Source: Trichodelitschia bisporula
Taxonomy: Eukaryota
DNA length: 64,000 bases
Assembly: GCA_010356995.1 (NCBI GenBank)
Contig: ML996688.1
Coordinates: 806,001 to 870,000 of the forward strand
Direction of reading: 5' to 3'
Positions 36,129-47,934 of the stretch are shown here, one piece after another. A program made the position numbers and the translations under genes. The first letter of the stretch is position 1, and the number at the start of each line of letters is the position of its first letter. The notes beneath the pieces are model-generated. The model made no database searches. It saw only the letters and a list, made by a program, of their open reading frames with translations, and was not told the origin of the DNA.

Positions 36129-36845
36129 TCACCACGGACCAAACTCCTCTATAGCAGCCGATATCCAACCGCTCCCATTCTCCCCTATATACATCATCGA
36201 TCCCTCCGCCTCAAGCCTCTTCACCCTCCCAGCAATATCCTCAACAATCCTCAACGCAAAAGCCAGCGCCCTGCCCGACCCGAGACTCGTAATAACCCGC
36301 TTATCCACAACCACCGTCTCCTCCTCCTACGCGTACTTCCACCCCGCATTCACGACCGCCGCTTTTACACTAGGATGACTCGTCACCCGCGCCTTCCTTG
36401 CGCTCTCCAGTCCCTCTGTCTTGCCCGCCTCGCCCGGGCATGAGGCGACCAAAGTCGTGGTACCGGTACCTATGGCGCCGACCCACCGGCCGCTGTCGCG
36501 ATATGCCCGGATTAGGGATAGGACTTCGGTGGCGCTGGTGAGGGTTTTGGCGCCTGCGGCGCCGCCAGTGAGGATGAGGATGTCGGCGTCGGGTTCTGTT
36601 GGGGCGGTGGGGAGGTCAGGGCGCATGCGTATGTTGCGGCTGCAGGTTGCGTGGGGGTTGTGAGCCCAACACCGGCGGCGCGGACGGCGAAGCCGGCGCG
36701 GACTAGGACTGGAGGGGTTAGAGGAGATGGGGGGGGGGCAGAGGTGTTTGGGGGGAGATGGACCGTCGTAGCAGGTCAGTAATGCTATTTCTTCGGTACC
36801 GTTGGCGAAGAGGATTAGGGTGGAGGGGTTATGGATAAGAGGCAT
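36129..36845 (-). pseudogene. DJ-1/PfpI family glyoxalase/deglycase, pseudogene
   Basis: DJ-1-like segments LILFANGTEEI, CSRNIRMRPD, ILILTGGAAGAKTL, VTSHPSVK and VITSLGSG. In-frame TAG at 36327-36329, a frameshift near 36660 after the 55-nt intron 36763-36709, and the nucleophile Cys replaced (GAIGTG). Confidence 0.8.
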
Positions 36846-39842
36846 GTTGGGTGGGTTGGGCTGGAGGTGATGAATTGGGATGCTGGAGGATGGTGGAGGT
36901 CACTGCGGGGGTTAATGATATGCGGAGTCGGTAGTTGGGGTACCGGAGTGAGGTCCGAGGAGTGGGGTGATTGTGATTCCATGACGTCGGGCTTCCGATA
37001 TCGTTGCATGTGCTAGGGACATCGGAGCTAATGCGGGGGAAGCTAGCTGCCGCTTTGGCGTTGATGGGTGCTCCACATGCTAACGGACAAACACATCATC
37101 GGTCCAGATACACACTGCCAGACGTCCCCAATGATCTCGCTTCTACTGCTCGACCGCGCTGACGAATTTGTACTCTTTCTCAACAAGCATCGGTATCATG
37201 TCCCCTCATGGGGATGGTGGAATGCCGCCGAAGCCGCGCATAGCTCGAGCGAGCCGACCAAGTTCTGTACCCCCGCACGGATGACAATACCAAATTTGGT
37301 GCGCTGGATGATGGTTTGGAGATCCGAACGACGACGTCTTGTACCTTGGATGGGACGTTCCACGCGCGTGGGGGAGAGGGAGGATATTAGGATTCGAGCT
37401 GCACCGACAACATAGGGACGGGTGGACTTCGGCCTTGAGTGGATCAAAGATCGGAGCATCAAACGAGCGAAAATCATATTTGCTCGACCAGTTCCGCCGA
37501 TCGTGGAGGTTAAGCTGAGATTGCTGAAGAGGAAGCAGTTGGGCGAGGTAACGGCGAATGGGCACCCAGTAGGCGTCCAGACGAATGAAGTGGTACTGCT
37601 CCGGCTGGATGACGGCACGCAAGGGGTAGTGATCCAACGTACTACGTTGATGGCAAGGTCCGATAGGCGGAGCTCCGCGTCGGAAGGCAGTTCCGGCCTC
37701 ACCACGTTTTTGGCCGTGTCACAGTGCGTATGTATATTGCGGCTGGGGTCGGAGCTGAATCCACGTGGGATAGAAAATGATCGCTTGTAGGCTTGTAATC
37801 ATTACCGATATCGAGGCAATTGATTGCTTTCTAGAAGTGATCACTCTGCTAGTCAACTCGGGAATAGACCACAGTGAGGGCGGCATGGAAAGCTAGATAA
37901 GCCAGCTTAAGTCAGAGACAAGACGCGGAACAATTAGGGCATTACTGTTCACGCGAGAATTGGCTCCCAGCCTCCACCGCCAGTGTTACTTCATCAATGA
38001 GGGCATCGAAGCGTTGGTCGCGAGGCTGAGAAAACACGCGGAGGGCCAAAGAGCTGGAGTCTACAATGTGATATATCCATCAACTTTCTCTGGCCTGCGT
38101 CTCTCGAGCGGACCACAGCGGATGATAACCATGGGACCATCTTCTGGAAAGCCGATCGATATAGTGTTGTTAATGAGTCAGGTCCGCCGTTGCTCTGTTC
38201 GCCTATGCACATCAATTTTCCTACGCACCCGGAAGGCGGTCCTCAGGATATTGGGGTGCAATATCGGACACTCTGGGGACCCTCGACAGGTGAACGGAGT
38301 TGTTTCCCACTGAATTTTGCGGATGCCAAGAAGGACTCGCCATCAAAGCATAGAGGGTTAGAAACCTGCGATATTCATTGTCAAACTGACATCGCCTTTT
38401 CGTCCCGTTGTGAGATACGGGTATCGGTTAATCGCCGTGATCTATTCGGCAGTGACAGGAGCTACTATCTATGCGACTCGGAAAGCTCGCCGTCCGTATC
38501 CGGAACTTTTCCGGGTTTGAATCGCTCACTGTATGCTAAAGAATAGACGGAGACCCGATGAATCTGGGTCCGACTTGGGAAGGTAACGGCCGCAGGAAGC
38601 GCGCTTGGGACTTGCCGTCATCATTTGGTCAACAGGAATGGGTGGTCGTCGCCGCAGACTGGACCATTTTGAGGGCATCTCTCGCCAACCCTTGTCTGCA
38701 CCCCAGTTGAATCTCGAGGTTTACGTTCCATCCTTGGGGGCTGCATATGACTCCCTGCGGACCGAGAGCATTGGTACACTGAAGATATTTTGAACAACGT
38801 CAAGCACGAACGTTAAAACATTATCTTTACACCCAGTTTTTACCATGATTCTCATCTCCTTAGATTGTCGCCAATCTCATGTATATCTGTCGATTCCAAC
38901 TCCGAAGCATTCGGGCATCTTACCCTGAGACTTCCTTCCTGGATGGGCGTCAGAAGCCTGGATATTTAGGTGCTGGGACCAGAATATCCAGGCGCTGCTG
39001 GAGGCTCATAAGTACAAGTGATCCGCATGCCCAGAACCGGGTCATCAATAGAGGCCACCTTCTCCCACTCCCCTATGCGCGAATCGTGGTTCACGGTTCG
39101 CCCCCCAGCCTGGAGCGCATACTCGCGAAACCTATCGACCTGCTCTGCAGCTATAGCTGTGATTAGATCATATTTTAATGGGGCTGACTGAGCGTACTGT
39201 CTGCATGGAATCGTAGTCTCATGCCGGTAAAGGCCTTTACCTCCGGGTCGAGAAGGTATCCTTCATGCGTTCCCATGATAGACAGTACGATCGAAGGCGA
39301 TGGTGGGCGTGCGAACCGAAAAATTATGCATTCCTCCGAGCTTTCTTCGCGAACGACTGTGATTCCGAGAGGCTGAAGGATGATCCTCATGAAGTTGGCA
39401 TAGTGTCGGAAGCGGGAGAAAGGGAGGGTGATTCCTGCCTCCGCAAGAGACATTCCGCTGGGAGAAAATGAGGTGGATGATGGTGAACCAATATGGCAAA
39501 CTGCAAAGGCAGGTATCAATCTACAGTGACAGATATCGGCTATCAAATACCCGACAGGCCCCGATGACCATCAGAACACAGCCTCACTATTGCCAGTACC
39601 CCCACTGCGCATAGAGGGCCGGTCAACGCAGCCCATCCGCCGCCTATCACTGGGCGCCATACAAAGACAGGCATAAAGGTGCCGCAACAGTGCCAGAGCC
39701 CTGTTCAACATGACTCCAGGGTGGACCATTAAGAGTTCTACGAATATGCGTGGGATACATAAGTAAAAAGAGAAGGATATGAGCGAGTAGATGTTGCCTC
39801 TGTACGTGTTGCCGTCGTGATATTGGGGTTGTGTTCCTGGCG

Positions 39843-39866
39843 AAGGCACCAAGGCACCAAGGCACC
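39843..39866. repeat. Tandem repeat (AAGGCACC)x3
   Basis: Directly visible in intergenic DNA. Confidence 0.9.
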
Positions 39867-40671
39867 AATTGGCTCAAGTCCTAAGATACTCCATTCTGGT
39901 GATCTAAGCCGAGACTCGTAACTTTGCCGTTTCAACATCAGCTCATGGACCTTCCAACTTCATCCCTCTACTTCTCCGCGCTCCAAACCCGCTTGAAACA
40001 TATCCACCAAGTCTTGCACGCCATGCTTGTCGTCAAGTAAGCCTTCAGACGCTAAATCATTGAGGTCACAGCTTCATCAAAGCGTGACACCCCTTTCACC
40101 AGGGAAATACTGGGTTCCCTCGGCCAGCCATCCCAACCGATTAATATATCACCTCGCCCGGGCACGTAGCACCCGCCAGGTTTGATATTGCGTACGTCGG
40201 AGTCTAGCTGACTTTCGACCACTCACCATGACCATGGAGAGGTTACGCAATTCGTACACTGCCAGCCGAGGCAGCATTTCGACTCCTCTCCAGCCCTTGG
40301 GTCACGAACTACGAAGGAATTCGTCCCTGGTTTTGTTAGCTAAGGCGGGGCACCATGCGGCGCCGGCTGTTGCGCGTAAAGGGCAGGACGGAGCTTACCC
40401 ACGCTGCGGGGTCAACAGTCCGATCAAATCGGGACCTTGCATCTGTTGCTGAGCCATCCTGGCGATTGAGGTCTGGCTAGCGGTCGCTAGTGCTGCTCAT
40501 TTACTGAGCATTCTGATAATGGCATCCTGCTACATTTATAACTGACCCGGCTATCTATCTGCACCTGTGCTTGGTTTTAGATCGTTCTTCCCCTCCTCAG
40601 CTGTCCTGGGAGCCTGGGCAAGCGGCATCATTTCCTCCCTCCCTCTCTCGGCTACGTCGTTCTGAGGCAAT

Positions 40672-42714
40672 ATGAGTTCAGAGGAGTCAGTGGAAGTCAG
40701 AGCCAGCAGGGAGAGGTTGGCCGAACTGCAAAATGTCAAGACTGCCGAAAGGGTTCCCGGCCACACCAACTACTACGAGAAAGATGGCCTACGAACGTAC
40801 GGCGATGCAGAGGACCACGACCACGAGCCGCCCGTAAGTCGTGCATTGAGCCTACTATGTTTGGCCTTAACGTCCTCCGCCATAGATGACCTTTAGCCGG
40901 TTCATGGCGCTTACGGCTATGGCACTTCTCTGGACAGGCTCGCAGATTCCAGTATACTTGTATGGTGGTGTATGTCGGCTGAACACCTCGCTGTCTCCTG
41001 CTTCTTTGCTCACATAACTAGGTTCCGCCATACATATATGCGGACATAGGGGGAACTGATCGGTGGACCTGGTTCGTCATCGCCAATCTTTTGGCCCTTG
41101 CCGCCGTGTGTCCTTTCGTTGGGAGCTTGTCAGACCTGGTCGGCCGCCGGTGGGTGGCAATGCTCGGCGGGAGCTTTTTGATTCTGGGAAACATTGTCTG
41201 CGCCACAGCAAAAACGATGAACATTTTCATCTGTACGCCAGCCTCCAAACTGAAAGTGTCGACTAATGACATGCAGGCGGCATGGTTTTCAATGGAGTAG
41301 GTGCCGGGATCAACGAGCTGACAGCTCTGGCGGCAACTTCTGAAATGGCACCTACTCGAAAACGCGGTACTTACGTCTCAGCCTTGATATTCACCATCAT
41401 TCCGTTCTGCCCGTCGGTTCTCTGGTCCCAACTAATTGCCTACTACGGCAACTGGCGCTACTGTGGCCTCATCTCTGGCGTATGGGCATTCCTGGGAACA
41501 ATCCTCATCGCCTTTTTCTATTTCCCACCTCCCCGAGTCAACTCTCAGGGATTAACCAACGCCGAAATTCTTCGTCAAATCGACTGGATTGGGGGCTTCA
41601 CCAGTATCGCAGGGTTGCTGCTGTTTATGATGGGCTTGCAATGGGGTGGCTATCAGTATCCATGGACCTCTGCTCACACCCTAGTGCCCCTCATTCTCGG
41701 AGCCATTTTCATTGTGACGTTTTTTGTCTGGGAAGCAAAATTCGCTCCGTTTCCCATGTTCCCCCACCGGCTACGACAGAATCCCCGCGTCCTGAGCCTA
41801 ACGCTTCTCATCACGTTCATTAGCGGTGCCAATTTCTTCAGCGTGCTCATGTTCTGGCCAACGCAGGCGTTCAATGTGTACGGCCATGACCCCGTGGGAG
41901 TGGGTCTTCGCGGCCTGCCAATCGGCTTCGCCATTATGATAGGGGCTTGCGTGGTCCTTGTGCTTTTGAGCGTCACCAAGGGCAAAATCATGATCTTGAT
42001 GGTCGGATCTACAACCCTGATGACCCTTGGTTTGTTCGCCCTGTTCTTTCGAGGCGTTAGCTCATTTTGATAGGCGTTGGGTTAATAGCCCTTTCTACAC
42101 GAGACAATATGAACACAATGTATGGCATCCTGGTTCTAGCAGGTCTCGGTATTGGAGGCATCCTGGTCCCGGCGTCTATCATCACGACTATCGTTTGCCC
42201 TGACGACCTCATCGCAACCGTCTCTGCTTTGACGCTCGCTATCAGGGTTGTGGGAGGTAGTATCGGATACGCCATCTATTACAACGTCTTCCTGAATAAG
42301 TTTACTGGCTTTGCCAAAGAGAAGATCGCAGGTGAGCAACGTAACGATTGACAGTGAAAGCACAGAGCACTGACGGTTTAGGCACTTTGATCCAGGGAAG
42401 GATCCTCAACGCTACCATCATTAAAGAGGTGATTGAGTTAACGGGCCAATCCCTCCTTGAGAAAATCAAGGAGATTCCCGATATCCATGCTAGAGGTCCT
42501 GAATTCTTCGACAAGATAGTGGTGGCTGGACAGCTTGCCTACGCGGAATCGTACAGATACGTGTACTTCGTCAGCATTGGTGGGTGAATCCTGAAGACGA
42601 GACGTTGGTTACTGATTGCCTACAGCGTTCGGAGTCATCAGCATCATTGCCTCGCTGTTCCTTGGTGACATTACCAAGTACATGGACGATCATGTTGCCG
42701 TCGTAATGCACTGA
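40672..42714 (+). CDS. MFS efflux transporter, TRI12/DHA2-like
   Basis: Seven exons splice in frame. Motifs YYEKDGLRTYGD, GSLSDLVGRR (MFS motif A), SEMAPTRKRG, IDWIGG, LQWGGYQYPW. Confidence 0.9.
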
Positions 42715-42999
42715 ATAATGAAGGATGGTCACCGGTCGATTGTGGGGGACTCGTATAGGCACCCCTTTGTTGAAGCTAGGCGGAACTGGCATGTTGACAT
42801 TCGGGTTGGTGCAGCACTTGATATCCAGACATTGAAGAAACTCAAATCTTCATCAGTTGTAGTGGCGAGTCTTTTTTATCTATTAGTAAGCATTTCTACC
42901 GTCAATCGCCTCTTGGCTAGCCTATTCCATTCACACTACAATAGTCTCTAGCTCAAAGTTGATGCTTAAGGCTGAATTGGCCATTTGCTCCACCTGTAC

Positions 43000-44493
43000 T
43001 CAACCTTCGCCCTCCTCACTATCAGACTCTCCCTCCTCACCCAGCGACACTCCGAGGTCGCTTTTCCAACAACCTCTGCTCTCTGGAAAAGTCCATGTTG
43101 TGGGGGTCATTGGCATAGAAAGCTCAGGACCGACACACCGAATGCCGTAACCATTTTTGTTGTTGACTTCAACGCCTCGAGTGGACAGCTCTTTTAAAAG
43201 CTCCTGCTCCTTCTCACCCCAATTGTTGCTTCCCACGCCATACATGCTGACTTTCTTCAGCCGGCGCCATTGACCCTTGCAGAGCGTCCGGAATACCACT
43301 GGCTGGAGCTCTCGCATGCACCACTGCCACGACTAGGCGGTTAACTTGCTCGCGCGTATGCCGCTCTTGGAGTCTACCAGGCGGAAGTCGAAGACCACTT
43401 CCTCCAGCGTATCGCGACACATCTCCAGGAGCTTGGTCCAGCGCACTAGCGCTTTGTACTGGGGGTGGTGTGAAAATTCGAACGGGTGGCTGATTGAGTT
43501 TGGGCCGCGACTCAGCAGCTGACTACAGTGCGCATTCGGTTGGTTGAGCCCGACGACAGAGAGTTTCTTCAGTTTGAACGGCGACGCCGGGTTAGGTGAC
43601 GGCAGTGTGAAGCACATGGCCCGTAGGCCGTGCAAAATGATTGTGTCCCACTTCCTGTGCTGTTCACTAAGCGGATTTTCATCCAATGCTGCCTTGTAGC
43701 GCCGTATGTCTTCAGTCGGATCCTTGATCAATGCCAGTTCGAGTTGCTCAAACTGCGCTACATGTCCCATAATGTAGTCCAGGAAGCGATTCGGGACATA
43801 TCCCCGCAGGGCGACTATGCGTAAGTGATTGAGTCCCGGAGCATTTTCGCGCAGGTCGGGGCGCTGATCGTCGTGGTGCATCCGTGGCCAGGTCAAGATC
43901 AACGTATCCAGGTTTCTCATGAAGGCAACCATGTCGAGCATGTTCGACGGCCGACTGTAGTTGCGGTGATAAGCTGTAGGATCTTGAGCGCCACTTGGAC
44001 CCCTCCCTAACCTTTGCAGCTCGCAATACCCTGTGTTGTGGGGGTCCATAGTGATGGCAAGTGAGCGAATAGTGCCAGCTCGTTGCATCCAGCCCAACGG
44101 ATCGCGAAGTTTCAACCCCCAACAACTCCGCCGAATCTCTCCGACGGGCATGTCCACCGAAAAGGGTTATGAGTCCGCTGGTATATCCCGTCGGCGGTGC
44201 GGTTTCCCCGGATCGGCGCTTGGTACAATTTGTTCGGACCGAAGCCCGGGAATTTGCCATGAATGCAACGGGCGAGGTGCACATGCTGCCAAATCATCGG
44301 TTCAATCATGTTGTGAAAGTGTGAAGATATACACATGAGACGCGTAATATCCTTGTTTTGTGGAAGATGTCGAACCACGACTTCGAGGACTTCAAGAGGG
44401 GGCCATCTGTCCGCAGACTGTAGGGTTATTTTCTTCTGCTTTCTTCCCCTTCGGCGTTGTGTTCAACGGAAGCAGCTTTATCTTCCGTTCCAT
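43000..44493 (-). pseudogene. F-box (+LRR-like) protein, pseudogene
   Basis: F-box-like APLEVLEVVVRHLPQNKDITRLMCISSHFHNMIEPMIWQHV. Frameshift in the G-run near 44400, a second frameshift near 44150, and an in-frame TAG at 43333-43335 followed by continued coding-like sequence with an acidic end. Confidence 0.65.
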
Positions 44494-44737
44494 CTTGGTG
44501 TCGAATCCTTATGCAAACTTCAGGATCAGTCAATGGTGGTCGGAGGTGGCGAGTTTGTGGCTGCTCGCAGCTCGTTAAAACCCGTAGGAAGCGTATCGTT
44601 TGTGAAGTAGTTGTGAAGCAGATGTGTAATGGGCTCGTTGATAAATAAATTCCTATATACCAAATCGAGCATCCCGACGCACGGGCCATGAAGGTTGCGT
44701 CTCCGAGACCTCTCCAGCCACACCTAGCTGAAGCACC

Positions 44738-44906
44738 GCCAATCAGAGTGCATTGCCACAAATGACTCTCAAGCCTCTGCCAGCCAATCATCGTCCTCCC
44801 CCCTGTACCGTACGGTAAGCCCCGGCGAAAGGTAAAACACTCCTTCACGTGATGCAGGGACCGGCGCGCCCCACAGTGAAAGAAAGTTCGCCGCCAAACT
44901 TTTTTC
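44738..44906 (+). promoter_or_regulatory. IMPDH promoter motif cluster (two CCAAT, TGACTC, CACGTG, RRPE-like T-tract)
   Basis: CCAATCA near 44739 and 44785, TGACTC 44763-44768, TCACGTGA 44845-44852, AACTTTTTTC 44897-44906. Motif presence is seen; function is inferred. Confidence 0.4.
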
Positions 44907-45065
44907 CTTTCTTCTTCTTTTCTTGGGAAAGGTTCACCACCTCAACCCGTCGACAGCCTGTTCACCTGTCGTCTTACTCCTCGCCGACCAATCTTCCCTC
45001 TGGAGAACGCAGCTTTACTTCACCCTTCCACTTTCCCCACCAGAACCCACAACACCGCCGCCATC

Positions 45066-46943
45066 ATGCCGATTGTTAACGGGGACGTCAGCCTGAATCC
45101 CGTGTCTGTGGTTAGTCGCGGGCAGAAGCCGCTCGATCATACCAAAGCCCAGCAGATTCTGGAGACCGAGTATAACGAGAAGGATGGTATTGACGCCGCA
45201 ACCTTGGTCGATTCGAAGCTCAATGGCGGTCTTACATACAACGACTTCCTCATCCTGCCGGGATACATTGGTACATCCACATGTTCCCATGAGTCACGAA
45301 GACGTACTTACGCTCTTACTAGGCTTTCCCGCATCTGCTGTGACGCTTGAAACCCCAGTGACGAAGCGCATCACGCTCAAAGCCCCCTTCATTTCGTCAC
45401 CCATGGACACGGTCACCGAGTCTAGCATGGCTATTCATATGGCACTCCTTGGTGGTCTTGGGGTTATCCACCACAACTGCTCAATCGAGAGCCAGGCCGA
45501 GATGGTCCGCAAGGTGAAGCGGTATGAAAACGGCTTCATCCTTGATCCGGTCGTTATCTCCCCCTCAACCACGGTTGCTGAGGCGAAGGCTCTCAAGGAG
45601 AAGTGGGGGTTCGGCGGGTTCCCGGTCACTGGTAAGCACGTCCCACCTCTTCCGCATGCTTCCTGTGATGATTATAAATCAATATAACTTTCGTTCATCC
45701 GCAACGCCCTGGCGTAATGTGGAGAAATGAAGTATCTGAGAAGCCTACCATCATCTTTCTCAATCATATTTGGGCAAGGCCATCTGCTGACAATGGCTCA
45801 GAAAACGGGACCCTTCGCTCCAAACTTCTTGGTATTGTCACCAACCGCGACATCCAGTTTCACGAGATCCTTGATGACCCCGTTACCGCGGTCATGTCCC
45901 AGGATTTGATCACTGCCCAGACTGGCATCACTCTGAAGGAGGCCAACACCATCCTTTCCCAGTCGAAGAGGGGCAAACTCCCTATCGTTGACCAGGACGG
46001 AAATCTGATATCCCTCGTTTCGCGCTCCGATTTGATGAAAAACCTCCACTACCCTCTTGCCTCCAAGCTTCCTTCGTCCAAGCAGCTCATCTCCGCTGCT
46101 GCCATCGGCACACGTCCCGATGATAAGATCCGTCTGCAGAAGCTGGTGGAAGCCGGCCTGGACATTGTCATCCTGGACTCCAGCCAAGGTAACAGCATGT
46201 ACCAGATCGAAATGATCAAGTATATTAAGGAGACATATCCTCAACTTGACGTCATCGGCGGGAACGTCGTGACCAAGGCCCAGGCTGCGTCGCTCATCGC
46301 CGCCGGAGTCGACGGCTTGCGCATCGGCATGGGCAGTGGCTCCGCCTGCATCACGCAGGAGGTCATGGCTGTGGGCCGCCCGCAGGCCGCCTCAGTCTTC
46401 AACGTAGCTACCTTTGCGGCGCGCTTCGGCGTTCCGTGCATCGCCGACGGCGGCATCCAAAACGTTGGCCATATCGTCAAGGGCCTTGCCATGGGCGCGA
46501 GCACGGTGATGATGGGCGGTCTCCTGGCCGGCTGTGCCGAGAGCCCGGGTCAGTACTTCGTTTCGCGCGAGGGCCAGCTGGTCAAGGCGTACCGCGGGAT
46601 GGGCTCGATTGATGCTATGGAGGATAAGAAAGCGGGTGCGGGGGTCAAGGACGCCAAAGCGGCAAACGCAGGCACAGCGCGCTACTTTAGCGAGGGCGAT
46701 CGACTCCTCGTGGCCCAGGGCGTGAGTGGCAGCGTTGTTGACCGCGGCAGCATCACCAAGTTCGTGCCTTACCTCATGGCTGGTGTGCAGCACTCGCTGC
46801 AGGATATTGGCGTGCAAAGTCTCACGGAATTCCGCGAGGCGGTCCGCAAGGGCGACGTGCGCTTCGAGCTCCGCACTGTTAGTGCCCAGGCTGAGGGTAA
46901 TGTCCACGGCCTGCACAGCTTCGACAAGAAGCTCTATTCTTAG
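45066..46943 (+). CDS. IMPDH: Inosine-5'-monophosphate dehydrogenase
   Basis: Exons 45066-45270, 45323-45631 and 45802-46943. Motifs [24 protein letters not shown] pair, DSSQGNS, catalytic [30 protein letters not shown]. Confidence 0.98.
45658..45744 (+). ncRNA. snR54: Intronic C/D-box snoRNA, snR54 homologue
   Basis: Inside IMPDH intron 2: terminal stem GCTTC/GAAGC, C box GTGATGA 45665-45671, D box CTGA 45736-45739, guide TAACTTTCGTTC 45685-45696 complementary to conserved 18S rRNA GAACGAAAGUUA. Yeast snR54 is hosted in the IMD4 intron. Confidence 0.9.
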
Positions 46944-47934
46944 AACCATAGTCGCAGGCATAAGGTGGGGTGTTGGGCTTAGTGGTGGGTCTGGTGTGTT
47001 CAGGGCGTCCTGCGTGTGGAAAAAGTGTGCTACACCTGTAGTTTGTGGGCGGAGTTTGGGAGGGATGGTCTGGGCTGGTCGGTGGGATCAGGGGGGCTGG
47101 GAGCTGGAATGAAGGCAATGATGTTATGGCTTCTCAATTGCTCAATACGTTTCACATCGAATATCGCCACGTGATATATGCATTCATGATAGCCCCTTTC
47201 ACCTCGCCTGGGCCTGGAGCGCGCATCTTCGACGCCGACCTTAACGGCCGTAAGGCTGCGTTTCACCCCCCGTGATACCCCGCGAAGCAAGCCGAGCCGC
47301 AGATCTGCACCCGCCGCACGGACCCAGCCTCAGCCTCGCGGCACGCACGGCTTTCCGTGCTTGTCCCGCCGTCGTTTCGCCCCGCGCGACGAATTGGGAT
47401 AGGCGCTGTGAGCCCGGGTCAGCGTTTCACGGGGTGCGGGGCACTCTTGGGCTTCGAGAATGCGATGCGCGGATGGTGCGCAGGGCGCGTTTGAGGTACG
47501 TGAGGGTTTCGGTGGGGTATTGATGATTGGGCAAAATATTTTCAGTCATGGCATTGGCTTGATTGACTACGCCCTAAGTTGAGGTACCTCTCGAGGTACC
47601 TTCCTCGCAACCTCATCCCCACGAGAACTAGCGCACCCGACCCGTTGATACCTCATCAATTCCAATCGTACAAAGCCATTTCATCCCCACTTAACGTCTA
47701 TCCCTGACCGAAAAAAAGAGGTCATCGCACAGGATAGCAAAAATCGCCATCGCAATTCTCAACGAGAGAAAAAGGGCGGAAAGGACTGGCCGCAGGAACG
47801 CATATGTATATCCGGTCCCAATCGCAAAGTGGTGCGCGCATGAAGGAGTCGCATGCAGAAACCTAGGGACAGATCTTCCAAAGTTTCGTCAGAAAGTAGA
47901 GTCGAGTCTTGCTGTGATATATCCAGAGGGCTCT

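Noticed and set aside
47572..47577. CCCTAA as a telomerase RNA template
   Set aside because: Only one hexamer rather than the TAACCCTAA template, and the intergenic space is only about 1 kb.
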